This document shows positions 24,185 to 37,527 of a DNA stretch of 64,000 nucleotides, in pieces. The notes beneath the pieces are model-generated. The model was not told the origin of the DNA and did not search any database. It was given only the letters and a program-made list of their open reading frames with translations. Origin of the DNA: Eledone cirrhosa (Eukaryota); assembly GCA_964016885.1 (NCBI GenBank), contig OZ024743.1, forward strand, positions 235,228,001 through 235,292,000, read 5' to 3'. Made by a program: the position numbers and the translations under genes. Within the stretch, counting starts at the first letter, position 1; each line of letters opens with the position of its first letter.

Positions 24185-24702
24185 TCATCAATATCATCAT
24201 CATCATCATCATCGTTTAACGTCCATATTCCACGTTTCCATGGGTTTGGACGGGAGTTTTCCCACTTGAGGCAAGAGTGGTTGTCTTGCTCGCATAGGAC
24301 TGTCTGGCGGGTTTTCTACGGCTGGATGCCCTTCCTAACGCCAACCACATTTACAGTGTGGAACTGGAAGGTTTTTACCGTGTTACTTACACGGCCACAT
24401 TACAGCATGGACTGTGTGTTTTTTTTGTCGTGACACCTACACGACCTCATTTGTTTCGGACTGGGTGTTGCGGTACCAACATAACTTTACATTGAAAGTG
24501 GTGGTGTGGATGGGGTGGGGGTAGTGGGACGGGGTGTATTTTGTTAGAGGTGCCTACTGACTGTTGTAGGTTTCACTTTGTACTTAGGTAAGGCGGGTCT
24601 TCTCTATTACTGTGTAGCGCCAAAGATCTCGGTCCAGTGACATTGTCTTGGAGAGGTGTAAGTGTGTGAGGTCGGAATTTATCAAGTCGTCCCAGGTTTT
24701 TC
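24185..24702 (-). mobile_element. RTE family A 3' end fragment
   Basis: [12 protein letters not shown]...DRDLWR plus 3' UTR matching the other copies. Confidence 0.9.
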
Positions 24703-24824
24703 TATATATATATATGTATGTATATATATATATATGTATGTATATATATATATATTTGTATGTATGTATATATATGTATATATATATATATATGTATGTA
24801 TATATATATATATTTGTATGTATG

Positions 24825-24857
<33 letters not shown>

Positions 24858-25290
24858 ATATATATATATATGTATATATATGTATGTATATATATATATA
24901 TATATGTATGTATATATATATATATATATGTATATATATGTATGTATATATATATATATATATGTATATATATGTATGTATAATGTATATATATGTATGT
25001 ATGTATATATGTATATGTATGTATGTATATATGTATATATATGTATGTATATATGTATATATATGTATGTATATATGTATATATATGTATGTATATATGT
25101 ATATATAGTATGCTAGGGAAAGGATCAGGGGTGTATAACACTCCACACTGCATATGCTATAAGCGTTCTTTGTTATTTATTTATTATATTTATTATATAT
25201 GTATATATATGTATGTATATATGTATATATATGTATGTATATATGTATATGTATGTATATATGTATATACATGTATATATATGTATGTAT

Positions 25291-25879
25291 CTGGTAACAT
25301 GTATCCCAGTACAACCTGTCTCATGGTCGGGTCATTGACGACTAAATTGGCAACCCCACCAAGGTTTCTTGGTGAGGAGGGTGACTTTGGACATCCTGCA
25401 TGACTAAAAACAAAACCTGTAAAAGGGCAAAAGAGCTCTTAAGAGTCAAATGCCATCCAAAATCACCGGGAGAGATGACCCCTTAGCCTTTGTCAAGGCA
25501 GAATTCTAGGAGAAGGAAAACTCTGATATAACACCTGCAACCCTGATGGTATCCAATGATGTTGACTTGTTCTTCTTTTTTGGTAAATATCATCTTGGTT
25601 AAGAGAGTGGGACTGGCTTTGTGCAGTGCCTTTGCTCACTATAAAAGCTTCACGGCACAGGCATTGCTTTATATCTGGAGATCTCTCTGCACTTGTCATC
25701 ACATGGTACCATGGGCCCAGCACTATGTGTCAATAATTGTCACAAGTGTAGTGTTTGTACCAGAGTTTTCAAGTCGCTGGCTGGACTAAAAAGTCACACT
25801 CGTTCAGCGCATCGGTAGGGGTTCTCCTACATGGATATAAAGTAGTGGCCGTACTCGAAAACGAGTTGGCAACCACCAT
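25291..25879 (+). mobile_element. Bipartite non-autonomous RTE-B SINE, copy 2
   Basis: Near-identical to 20950-21588 and 29850-30446. Confidence 0.85.
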
Positions 25880-25909
25880 ATGTATGTATATATGTATGTA
25901 TATATATTT

Positions 25910-26489
25910 AGCAGTATTGGTTATTGAGTAGTCGCCACTTTAGCAGGGTGGTAGAATCAGTGGTCGTTACTTTAACAGGGTAGATGATTGAAGGTCGTTA
26001 GTTGCCAGTGTGGTAAGTGATAGTATCCTCGTTGGATTATCTTGTTGACATAGACGTGAAGGAAGGTCCCTCGATCTATTTACCATCTATTTACAATATT
26101 CCTTTCGTCAGGTCGCCAATTCCAGCAGCATGGATTATAGATGTTATTGAGACACGAGTAACATAACAATGATTTCAACAGCACTAATTAGAGATGAAAT
26201 GTATGTTTATTTATATGGTTGAAGTTACAGATAAAAAGAGGTTACAAAAGGGAATGTGCCATTGCGCCGTTAAGCCGGCGAGGCTAGGGGGTGCAATATC
26301 TCACTGTTACATTATGCGTGTTGCTGGCTCGAAGTTTCTGGTACAAGAGAGAGATTCTTCAAATCTTCGCGGGGAATTTCTTCCTCAGGGCGCGTAGGGA
26401 TACATCCTCTTCTACTGGCGCTGATTGGCTGAACTGAGCCAAATCACGCACAGAGAATGTATGTGAGCCCGCGGAATGTAGGTCACTAC

Positions 26490-26490
<1 letters not shown>
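25910..26490 (-). mobile_element. LTR (~26120-26490) plus PBS-like site and truncated internal sequence
   Basis: Minus strand starts TGTAGTGACCTACATT, sharing ~140 bp with 50395-50535. TGGCGACC PBS-like motif at 26111-26118. Confidence 0.55.
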
Positions 26491-26526
<36 letters not shown>

Positions 26527-26529
26527 TGT

Positions 26530-27420
26530 ATCATCATCACCGTTTTACGTCCGTTCTTCCACGCTAGCATGGGTTAGACGGGTTGTCCTGTTGTGGGCAG
26601 TGTCTGGTCGGCTGACCATGCCTTGCTCATACAGGAACTGATCTGGCTTGATTTCTACAGCTGGATGCCCTTCCTAACACCAACCTCATTTACAGTGAGT
26701 GCTGGGTGCTTTTTCGTGGCGCCTACACGTCCACTTTACAGTGTGGGCTGGGTGCTTTTTTGCCGTGGCACCTCCACGACCACCTTGCGGTGGGGGGGGG
26801 GGGGGCATATTGTCTATATGCTTCAGCATGTACCCATGGGAGGTCGGGTACCCTGTATTACTGCGTGACGCCAGAAGTCACGGTCGTGTGTCATTGACTT
26901 TGAGAGGTGTAGTTGGGTAAGGTCGGCTTTTATCACCTCATCCCAAGTCATCTTGGGTCTCCCCACTCCGCGGTTTCCATCAACTTCTAGTGCTCTGCAC
27001 CTTTTTATGCAGCTGTCATCCTTCATACGCATCACATGTCCATACCAGCGTAACCGCCTCTCCTGCACGCAGCATTTGATTCCTCTTATGCTCAGTCTCT
27101 CTCTCAATTCATTTATGCTTTGTCGTTCACGTATATTACTGTTACACATCCATCGGAGCATGCAGGCTTCGTTTCTCTCTAATCTACGTAAGTCTTCCAC
27201 CTTCAGCGCCCAGGTCTCACTACCATGCAACATCGCTGTTCGGATACACGCATCATACAGTCTGCCTTTCATTCTGAGGGAGAAGCCTTTTGCAGCTAGC
27301 AGTGGTAGTAGTTCCCTAAACTTCTTCCATCCCGTTCTTACCCTAGTTATTGTACTTTCTGAGCACCCACCTCCGTTGCTAATTCGGTCACCTAGGTAGC
27401 AGAAGCTGTCTGCTAATTCG
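26530..27420 (-). mobile_element. RTE family A-related LINE 3' fragment (distinct subfamily)
   Basis: SFCYLGD...RRLRWYGH...GRPKMTW plus a related 3' UTR. Confidence 0.88.
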
Positions 27421-27431
27421 GTCACCTATGT

Positions 27432-27469
<38 letters not shown>

Positions 27470-27487
27470 GTATATATGTATGTATAT

Positions 27488-29804
27488 ATGAAGATTTTCT
27501 CAATCTCATTCCAGAAAGTCCTGTGAAAGTAGCTCTCTCAGAACCTCCGATGCTTGTGGAGGTTGCAGTGGCTATCTCGAAGCTGAACAGTGGAAGGTCT
27601 CCAGGTATGGATGGCATGCATGCTGAGCTCCTACAATATGGTGGTGAGAGACTCCTGCAACATCTTCACTCTTTGTTTGGCAGGATATGGGCTAATGAAT
27701 CCGTACCTGAGGACTGGAGAGATGCAGTAATGGTGGTCTTGTACAAGGGAAAGGGTAACAGGAATGATTGTGGGAACTACAGAGGTATATCATTGCTTTC
27801 TGTCGTAGGGAAAGTTTTATGTAGGGTGCTTCTGGACCGTCTGCTGACACACATTGCAGATTGTGTCCTTACTGAAAGTCAATCTGGTTTTCGTGCTGGA
27901 CGCGGCACTATTGAGATGATCTTCTCAGCTAGACAGCTCCAGGAGAAGTGGATGGAACAAGGTTTGGATCTGTATCAGGTTTTTGTCGATCTGACAAAGG
28001 CTTTCGATACTGTCAACAGAGATGCATTATGGAAGGTTCTCCAGAAACTTGGTTGCCCTGATAAGTTCCTTGCTTTAGTTAGGTCTTTCCATGATGACAT
28101 GAAGGCTTGGGTTAATGTCGGAGGTAACATGTCGGAGCCTATCTCAGTAAAAAATGGAGTGAAACGGGGATATTGCAGCACTGACCCTGTTTGCCATATA
28201 CTTTGCAATGGTTTTCTGTATTGCATTCAGGAATTGCGAGCATGCTGTTTACATCCGATATCGAACCTCAGGCAGCATATTTAACATCAGGCGCTTTGCT
28301 GCAAAGACAAAAGTATTTACATCAATCATAAGAGACCTCTTGTATGCAGATGATTGCGATCTTGTAGCGCACACAGAGAGTGATATGCAGCACATTTTGA
28401 ATGCATTTTCTGACGCTTGCACTGCCCTAGGATTGACTGTCAGTCTCAAGAAAACCGTCATCATGTACCAACCTGCCCCTGGTAAGCAGTACACTGAACC
28501 AAATATCTATGTGTATGGTAAACGACTTGGAGTGGTTGATCAGTTTGTCTACCTGGGAAGCACTGTCAATCGATACAGCAACCTTGACAGTGAAATCTCA
28601 CTTAGGATTAGGAAAGCAAGTGATGCTTTCGGAAAGCTAGAAAGGCGACTCTAGGGTCGTCGAGACATATGCAGGAGGACAAAGGTAAAGGTGTACAAGG
28701 CATGTGTGCTCTCTTGTAGTCTTTATGCCTGCGAGACCTGGGTCACATATCGACACCACCTTAAGCAATTGGAGCGTTTCCATCAGATGTGTCTCAGACG
28801 GATCCATGGCGTTCACTGGAGGGACCACATCAGTGATGTCGAGATTTTGGAAAGCTCTATGTGTGACAGTATAGAAGCTCTTGTGCTTAAGCAACGACTC
28901 CATTGGAGTGGTCACCTTGCCAGGATGAAGGATTCTAGAATACCAAAACAACTCTTTTATGGAGAGTTGGTTAAAGGAAAACGACCGCCACATAAACCAA
29001 AAAAGAGGTATAAGGATTCCTTGAAAGCCTCTTTGAATGACGCTAACATCTCTGCTGATACATGGAAAAATATTGCTGCTGATCGTAATAAATGGAGAAA
29101 GACTGTATATGAGGGAAAAGTTGCCTTTGAGGCATCTCGAATCGCATACGAGAAAGTAAAGCGGGATGTGAGGAAGGGCATTGCTGATGCACTTACAGGC
29201 AGTGAGGGTCCTCCTATGGTGCTGACATGCAGCGTCTGTGCGAGACTCTGCCTAAGCAAAGCTGGACTCGAAAGTCATCTTCGCAGTCATAAAGTAAGAC
29301 CAGTGGTTGACTACCAGGCTGCTGTTGGAGATGCTACTCATCATGCTTGCCAAACATGTGGTAGAGAATGTAAATCAGCAGGAGGGCTCAAGCGACATGC
29401 AAAAGTACATGAACTCCAACGACAGCCGGCTATTCCCAGTGAATGTTTTGGTTGCCGACTCTGTGCAAGACATTTTAGATCATTGGCTGGGCTAAAAAGC
29501 CACATTCGATCGCAGCGCTGTTAGTTGCTATCGTGTGTGTGGGTGTGTATAGGTATGTTTATGTGTGTGCGTGTGTGTGTATATATATATGTATATGTAT
29601 ATTATTATTGTTGTTGTTGTCGTTATTATTATTGTTGTTATTATTATTATTATTGTTATTAATGTATATGTGTGTATGTATATATATATATGTGTGTATA
29701 TATGTATGTGTGTATATATATTTCTTTTTTTTAAATTTATTTATTAATATTTTTTTTTTCTCCTCGTGCAATGGCCATACTCGATAACGAGGGGGCAGCC
29801 ATCA
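27488..29804 (+). mobile_element. RTE LINE family B (BovB-like), 5'-truncated and disrupted, with C-terminal C2H2 fingers
   Basis: GRSPGMDG, GNYRGISLL, QSGFR, FVDLTKAFD and YADD motifs. Frameshift at ~28170 and stop at 28652-28654. Three C2H2-type fingers at 29228-29515. Confidence 0.92.
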
Positions 29805-29849
29805 TGTATATATGTATATATATGTATGGTCATATATATGTATATATAT

Positions 29850-30446
29850 GTCAGGTCACCAGTTAGTGCTACTGGTAACATGTATCCCAGTACAACCTGT
29901 CCCGTGGTTGGGTCGTTGGCGACTAAACTGGCAACCCTACCAAGGTTTCTTGGTGAGGAGGGTGACTTTGGACATCCTGCAGGACTAAAAACAAAACCTG
30001 TCAAAGGGCAAAGGAGCTCTTAAGTGTCAATGGCCATCCAAAATCACCGGGAGAGATGACCCCTTAGCCTTTGTCAAGGCAGAATTCTAGGAGAAGGAAA
30101 ACTCTGATATAACACCTGCAACCCTGATGGTATCCAATGATGTTGACTTGTTCTTCTTTTTGGTAAATATCATCTTGGTTAAGAGAGTGGGACTGGCTTT
30201 GTGCAGTGCCTTTGCTCACTATAAAAGCTTCACGGCATAGGCATTGCTTTATATCTGGAGATCTCTCTGCACTTGTCGTTACATGGTACTATGGGCTCAG
30301 CACTATGTGTTAATAATTGTCACAAGTGTAGTGTTTGTACCAGAGTTTTCAAGTCGCTGGCTGGACTAAAAAGTCACACTCGTTCAGTGCATCGGTAGGA
30401 GTTCTCCTACATGGATATAAAGTAGTGGCCGTACTCGAAAATGAGT
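29850..30446 (+). mobile_element. Bipartite non-autonomous RTE-B SINE, copy 3 (tail truncated by adjacent insertion)
   Basis: Near-identical to copies 1 and 2. Confidence 0.85.
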
Positions 30447-30861
30447 GAGTTCAGTCGGCCAGGCGTACCGAAAACGATAAGTTGTAATAGAATGAAACGT
30501 TGTAATAGTTGATTTATGCCGTACGGTGTTAAGGCAACCACGTCACCTGTAATAGTTGTAATAGAATGAAATGAAACTTGTGTACCTGTATCTATATATG
30601 TATATATATATATATATATATATGCATGCTACTGTACGTCTGTATACATATATGTATGTACGTATACATACATACTTACATTTAAGTAAGTGCCGTACTA
30701 AGAGTGAGAAATGAAATTTCGTTTCATTCTATTACAACTTATCGTTTTCGGTACGCCTGGCCGACTGAACTCACTCGATATGCAAATTAGGCTGCTCAGC
30801 CGTTAATTTTCATAAGGAAAGTATATACTTTCGAACGTTCAACCATCTGGCAGAAGGGTAT

Positions 30862-30904
30862 ACGGTGCTGATGATAGCTAAGAAGCTTGAAACTAGTACA
30901 TCGT
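30862..30904 (+). ncRNA. Minimal hammerhead ribozyme in a short non-coding unit (30685-31043)
   Basis: acggtg-CTGATGA-tagctaagaagctt-GAAA-ctag-TA-catcgt. Palindromic stem III ACTAGT. Confidence 0.88.
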
Positions 30905-31209
30905 TCCTGTGTCAGTGTTGAACAAAAAGGTGACGTGGTTGCCTTAACACCGTACGGCATAAATCAGGCTGTCCGTTTGTTTACAAACGGACAAAGCGGG
31001 CGTTATAATAAACGTCCGCTAAACTGATACGTACATATATATATGTGTACCTGTATGTATATATGTATATATATATATATATACATATATGCATGCTACT
31101 GTACGTCTGTATACATATATGTATGTACGTATACATACATACTTACATTTATATATATGTGTATATATGTATATGTATGTATATGTATGTATATATATAT
31201 ATTTATATG

Positions 31210-31241
<32 letters not shown>

Positions 31242-31635
31242 TATTTATATGTATATATATGTATGTATATGTATTTATATATATATATATATGTATATAT
31301 ATGTATGTATATGTATATATATGTATATGTATGTATATGTATATATATATATAAGTATGTATATGTATATATATGTATATGTATATATATGTATATATAT
31401 GTATATGTATATATATGTATATATATGTATATGTATATATATGTATATATATGTATATGTATATATATGTATATGTATATATATATGTATATACATGTAT
31501 ATGTATATATATGTATGTGTATATATATGTATATATATGTGTGTATATATATATGTATATATATGTATGTATATATATATGTATATATATATGTATATAT
31601 ATATAAGATCAAAAGATGGTTAAAAGAGTTCCATG

Positions 31636-31706
31636 TATTTTATTATGCGCATTTTAAAAACAAATATCATCATGCAATAATATTTGTGTTTTCATCAGAT
31701 AAAATA
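31636..31706 (-). ncRNA. Hammerhead motif with G12A (GAAA>AAAA), probably inactive
   Basis: Minus strand: tattttat-CTGATGA-aaacacaaata...tatttgttttt-AAAA-tgcgca-TA-ataaaata. Paralog of 36434-36504. Confidence 0.7.
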
Positions 31707-31863
31707 GGAAGACATGATATGAAGGTTAAAAACACTTGTGGATAGTGCAGTTTTAAATCAACATATGTTGATTTATACTCCAGTCCTACAAACTCTAGAG
31801 TGCTTCTTATCCGATATCTGCATTGCTTTATTGTACTACAATAAAACTCACCTCCTACATATG

Positions 31864-31894
<31 letters not shown>

Positions 31895-31990
31895 GTATAT
31901 GTATATATATGTATGTATATATATATATATGTATATATATGTATGTATATATATGTATATATATGTATATGTATATATATGTATATGTAT

Positions 31991-32342
31991 GGAGGCACAT
32001 GGCTTAGTGGTTAGAGCATTGGCCTTGCAATCGAAAGGTTGTGTGTTCAATTCTCAGACTGGGTGATGTGTTGTTTCCTTGAGCAAGACACTTTATTTCA
32101 CATTGCTCCAGTTTACTCAGCTGTAGAAATGAGATGATAGGACTGGGGTCCCTGTCATTCCACTGCAAAGTGGTCATGAAGGTGCCACGGCAAAAAAGCA
32201 CCCAGCACTCACTGTAAATGAGGTTGGTGTTAGGAACCAACCTCATTTAGAAAGCTGTAGAAATCAAGCCAGAATCAGTTCCCGTCCCACCCTTGCAAGC
32301 AGGGAAAAGCGGACGTAAAATGAAATTAAATGAATGAAATGA
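31991..32342 (+). mobile_element. tRNA-derived SINE with RTE tail (same family as 16261)
   Basis: Near-identical head, core and tail. Confidence 0.88.
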
Positions 32343-32903
<561 letters not shown>

Positions 32904-33148
32904 AAAGCAACAATATACGCACACACATATACAACACACATCCCAACAACAGACACACAGACACAAACAACAATAACAACAACACACACATCAACAACAA
33001 CAATAGCAACATACCCAGAAACAACAACAACAGACACGCAGACACAAACAACAATAACAACACACACAACAACGATAACACACACGGAGACAACAACAAC
33101 ACACATCAACAACAGCACACATCAACAACAACAACACACACGCATTCA

Positions 33149-35851
33149 ATGCCTCTCACCACCACCACAATCCTAACAAACACACAGACACAGAAAACAA
33201 GTAATGGCAGTAGCACAGAAATCAGAGAAATAAGGGAAAGTAATAAGATTAAAAGGAAAAGGAGATGGGAGACTAAGGACAGAGAGAATAACCAAGACGA
33301 ACACACAGACACACAAAATAGGGTAGATAACAACATTGAGCCAGTGGAAAGAGACAGGAGTAATTATGAGAGACATAGAAACAACCATGAGGCTGTTGGT
33401 GGAAATAGAAATAGAAACAACACAACTAACAATAACAATAGCACTAGTACACATAAAGCAGCAGCCTGGAACTCTCCGTTTTATAATCCCTCCGATAAAT
33501 CATTCGACCTGCGACGAGTCCACGCCACGACTTTACCATTTAACAAACGCACGCAGTTGCCGTCGCAGGTCGATGAACAAACAGAAGCACAATTTAGTAT
33601 AGCTAAATCCGAACTTAGAAATATTATAGAACAGTATAGCAAGAAGCATAATAGAATAGAGGCCCAGCAACTGGGAGAAAAATCTGCAAATGGCTTGCGT
33701 AAGCTCATGCAGCGCTCACGTAATGGAGAGATAGCATGCTTTCCAACAGACAAGTCTGGCAGAATGTCGGTTGACAGCCTGCCAAACTACATCCAGGCAA
33801 TGCAACCCCACATCACTAACACAAGAGAGGTAACACCACAGGAGCATGAGGATAGAGAAAAAGCCCTCAATGCCCATATGGTGATGTGGACGAATATAAT
33901 GCAGCCCAACAAAAGGACTGCCAACAACTTCCAGGCCTGGAACAATGACGTGCCGGCGTTGTATGGGCTTCGAAAAGACCATAAAACGGGCTGTGACCCT
34001 GTCGCGGGACCACCAACACGGCCAGTCTGTGGAGCTAACATTGCTAGTAACTACAGACTGTCCTACTTCCTCTCCCTGATCATACGCCCCATCATTGAGA
34101 TGTCCCCAGATGTATGTGACAGCACGGAGGACCTCCTCAGCAGAATCGGCGTGAGTAACCGATCTGGGGACCTAACAAACTGCATAATAGGCAGTATGGA
34201 TGTTGTGTCCCTGTATCCATCTATTGACGTGGATTTTGCTGTGGAGAAATGCGTAGAAATGATCAGCGAGAAAAAGGTTGAGTTCCGTGGGATTGATACC
34301 AGTGAGCTGGGACTTCTACTTAAGCTTACCCATAGTAATAGTTACCTAGACACTTATGACCTTAGCAACCTGTGCCCTACAAGACCAGCAAGAGGCAGAC
34401 CACCTACCATTACCTCTATGGCCAAGAAAACCCACACAGATAGATGGAACGGGTGGACCAGAGCAATACGGACACCCGAAAACCACGATGAACTGAAGAA
34501 AATGATTGCACATGCGGTAGGGGCCAGCATAAAATTAACCCTTAAGGAACATATGTTCAAATTTAATGGAAAAACATATGCCCAAGAGGAAGGAGCAGCC
34601 ATTGGTGTTAGCATTGCAGGCGACATAGCTAACTTATTCATGGTATGGTTGGACAGTAGACTTAAACTTAAACTTAAAGAACAATTAGAAGACAGCTTAA
34701 CCCTGATAATGTACTCCCGCTACGTAGATGATATAAACATCGTAGTTAAGACACCCCCACTAGAGAACAGTCAGGAACTAGAGAAAAACACAATGGAAAG
34801 CATCCAGCAAATAGCAAACTCCATCCACCAGAGCATTAGAGTTACTACAGACTACCCAAGTAGACACCCCAACCATCGATTACCTGTACTAGACACAGAG
34901 CTCTGGTTAGATACCATTAACAACCAAAAACAAATCCTCCATCCCCATTATGCCAAACCCATGACTTCCAAACATCTGATCCACCGAAACTCGGCTATTT
35001 CGGACCATACCAAAATCAACATACTGATTGCGGATTTGGTACGGGTGATGAGAAATGTGTCCCGCATGTGCAACCCCGAAGAACTAGAGAGACACATACA
35101 ACACTTCATCCACCGTATGCAGTTCTCTGGCTACAATCAGAGAGATAGAATCAGAGTGTATAGAGGAGCCAGAACCAAATGGGAAAAAATGGTAAATAAT
35201 GACATAAATGGGACCTGCCCCTTGTATAGGAGCAAATTTTGGAATAGAATAGAAAGAATTAGGAACAAGGCCAATAGAATAAACTCATGGTATGATAGCA
35301 ATAAATACCAGAGTGTAATGTTCATCAATACAACCCCTAGAGGCGAACTAGCCTACAAATTTAGAAGGGCCCTAAATAAACATAAACTCAATATTAAGAT
35401 AGTAGAAAGACCAGGTACCTCCATAAAAACACTTATTAGCAAGACATACCCGTTCCAAAGACCCTCATGTATAGATAAGAAATGTATAACCTGTAAAATA
35501 AGCCCCCATATTAACTGTAAAACTAGAAATGTAGTGTATAGCATAAGATGTACTGAAGGACAATGTAGAAACAAAAATATAGTGTACATAGGTGAGACAG
35601 CTCGTAGTATAGGGGAACGGATAAATGAACACTGGCGAGACCTTCAAGATAATAAAGAATCATCTGTACTCTACCAACATGCTAAGATAGAACACAAGGG
35701 TAAATTAGAGAACATAGAAATAAAAATAGAATCCACACACAGAAAAGATGCAATGTTTAGGCAAATTACAGAGGCAGTAAGCATAAAAGAATTACAACCA
35801 AAATTAAATAGAAAATATGAGTGGAACAGCAACATCACAACTTACAATTAA
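33149..35851 (+). CDS. Penelope-like element 2 (Neptune/Poseidon-like) RT + GIY-YIG, uninterrupted ORF
   Basis: [32 protein letters not shown] and RYVDD motifs, a Cys-rich linker, and [18 protein letters not shown]. The ATG at 33149 is a guess; the ORF-track start lies in (TA)n. Confidence 0.9.
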   Translation: MPLTTTTILTNTQTQKTSNGSSTEIREIRESNKIKRKRRWETKDRENNQDEHTDTQNRVDNNIEPVERDRSNYERHRNNHEAVGGNRNRNNTTNNNNSTSTHKAAAWNSPFYNPSDKSFDLRRVHATTLPFNKRTQLPSQVDEQTEAQFSIAKSELRNIIEQYSKKHNRIEAQQLGEKSANGLRKLMQRSRNGEIACFPTDKSGRMSVDSLPNYIQAMQPHITNTREVTPQEHEDREKALNAHMVMWTNIMQPNKRTANNFQAWNNDVPALYGLRKDHKTGCDPVAGPPTRPVCGANIASNYRLSYFLSLIIRPIIEMSPDVCDSTEDLLSRIGVSNRSGDLTNCIIGSMDVVSLYPSIDVDFAVEKCVEMISEKKVEFRGIDTSELGLLLKLTHSNSYLDTYDLSNLCPTRPARGRPPTITSMAKKTHTDRWNGWTRAIRTPENHDELKKMIAHAVGASIKLTLKEHMFKFNGKTYAQEEGAAIGVSIAGDIANLFMVWLDSRLKLKLKEQLEDSLTLIMYSRYVDDINIVVKTPPLENSQELEKNTMESIQQIANSIHQSIRVTTDYPSRHPNHRLPVLDTELWLDTINNQKQILHPHYAKPMTSKHLIHRNSAISDHTKINILIADLVRVMRNVSRMCNPEELERHIQHFIHRMQFSGYNQRDRIRVYRGARTKWEKMVNNDINGTCPLYRSKFWNRIERIRNKANRINSWYDSNKYQSVMFINTTPRGELAYKFRRALNKHKLNIKIVERPGTSIKTLISKTYPFQRPSCIDKKCITCKISPHINCKTRNVVYSIRCTEGQCRNKNIVYIGETARSIGERINEHWRDLQDNKESSVLYQHAKIEHKGKLENIEIKIESTHRKDAMFRQITEAVSIKELQPKLNRKYEWNSNITTYN

Positions 35852-36052
35852 GGACAAAATGAAAACACACACACATAGAACAAACAACCAACCAACAACA
35901 TGTAAATAAATAAACAAATAGATAAATGAACACAAACACACACAGACACCCGGATGTGGCGCATGCGCAAACTGAGCACATAACACACACACAGAAACAA
36001 AATGGCGTAGGACAGAAGAAAGGAAAGGCACAGAAACAAAGAAGGAATCCCC

Positions 36053-36097
36053 AGTCTCTGAAGAGGTCACAGAGTGTGTGACGAAAGGACTATGACT
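36053..36097 (+). ncRNA. Hammerhead ribozyme in PLE2 3' pLTR
   Basis: agtct-CTGAAGA-ggtcacagagtgtgtgac-GAAA-ggac-TA-tgact. Confidence 0.75.
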
Positions 36098-36433
36098 ATA
36101 TATAAACAACTATCTGGTTGTGGAACCAACCAACCAACCAGAAATTTATAAGTTTGTAGATTTGTAAATTTATAAATTTATAAATATATAATAAATTGAA
36201 GTGAAAGCAACTGGTGCGTGTGTTTCTTATTGGCAACATGACCCTCCCAAAGTATAACAATATCGGTTTCAACACACGATTTCAGATAAAGAATCTTGCT
36301 AAACAAATTCAGAAACGATATATATATATGTATATATGTATATGTGTATGTGTATATATATGTATATATATATATATGTATATATATATATGTATAATAT
36401 ATAAGATCAAAAGATGGTTAAAGGAGTTCCATG

Positions 36434-36504
36434 TATTTAATTATGCGCATTTCAAAAACAAACATCATCATGCAATAATATTTGTGTTTTCATCAGATAA
36501 AACA
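36434..36504 (-). ncRNA. Hammerhead ribozyme in a minus-strand PLE 3' UTR fragment (~36400-37099)
   Basis: Minus strand: gttttat-CTGATGA-aaacacaaata...tgtttgttttt-GAAA-tgcgca-TA-attaaat. The fragment also holds a ~220-bp tandem duplication (36601-37032). Confidence 0.8.
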
Positions 36505-37251
36505 GGACAACATGATATGAAGGCTAAAAAACACTTGTGGATAGTGCAGTTTTAAATCAACATATGAAAAGTAGTTTTAGATTGATGTGTGATATTGGGA
36601 AAAAATATTTTATTTAGAGAGGGGTGGGGTGGGGTGGAAAGGATGAAAAAAGGGGAGGAGATGAGAGTGAAGGTGGAGAGGGAGAGATGGGTGATAGAGA
36701 GAAAGAGATAGTTTTTCTAACTGAGAGAAGATATATTGTTTTACATAGAGAGGTTGAAAACCGTTGGAAGATAATGTATAAATTAAAAGAATTTGAAAAT
36801 TAACGAAGGGAAAAATATGTACGAGGAAAAAATATTTTATTTAGAGAGGGGGGGTGGAAAGGATGAAAAAAGGGGAGGAGATGAGAGTGAAGGTGGAGAG
36901 GGAGAGATGGGTGATAGAGAGAAAGAGATAGTTTTTATAACTGAGAAAAGATATATTGTTTTACATAGAGAGGTTGAGAACCGTTGGAAGATAATGTATA
37001 AATTAAAAGAATTTGAAAATTAACGAAGGGAAAGAGAGGGAGTTGATATGTATTGAGATTAAAAAGTTTGAAGATAGAGAGAAAAAATAATAATTGCGGA
37101 TGAATATGACCGCAGCTAGTAAACAAGGACCAACACCCCACCCTCCCGCACCAAAATTAGACTTATCGTCCCCTACGTTTGCTCTTTACTCTCTTTACTC
37201 TTTGTTCTTGGGTGTTTGGTTGGTAGAGTCCATAACACCAATCAAACCCCT

Positions 37252-37311
37252 TTTATAGCTCTGATGAACCCTACGGTTACACGTAAGGAAGAAACATTGT
37301 TAGCCAATAAA
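37252..37311 (+). ncRNA. Hammerhead motif, PLE3 5' pLTR
   Basis: tttatagct-CTGATGA-accctacggttacacgtaaggaa-GAAA-cattg-TT-agccaataaa. GUU cleavage triplet. Confidence 0.65.
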
Positions 37312-37527
37312 AATCTTTTGATGTTGTAGACGCTCTTGTGTTCTTTTTTATATATACGGCTCTGCTCCAAAGCATAGAGCTAATTATTATGCTGCCAATA
37401 CCTTAACGGGACACGGGTAGATAATACCTAACTCCTATTAACCTAAGTATTTCTACGGCTCCCCCCGGTTGAGCTAAATCCTTATAACCTGTCCACCTTG
37501 TGTGTATGATTATAATTGATTGGCAGC

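Noticed and set aside
36255-36290. Possible further minus-strand hammerhead remnants (also ~18015-18040)
   Set aside because: Core incomplete and stems do not pair convincingly.
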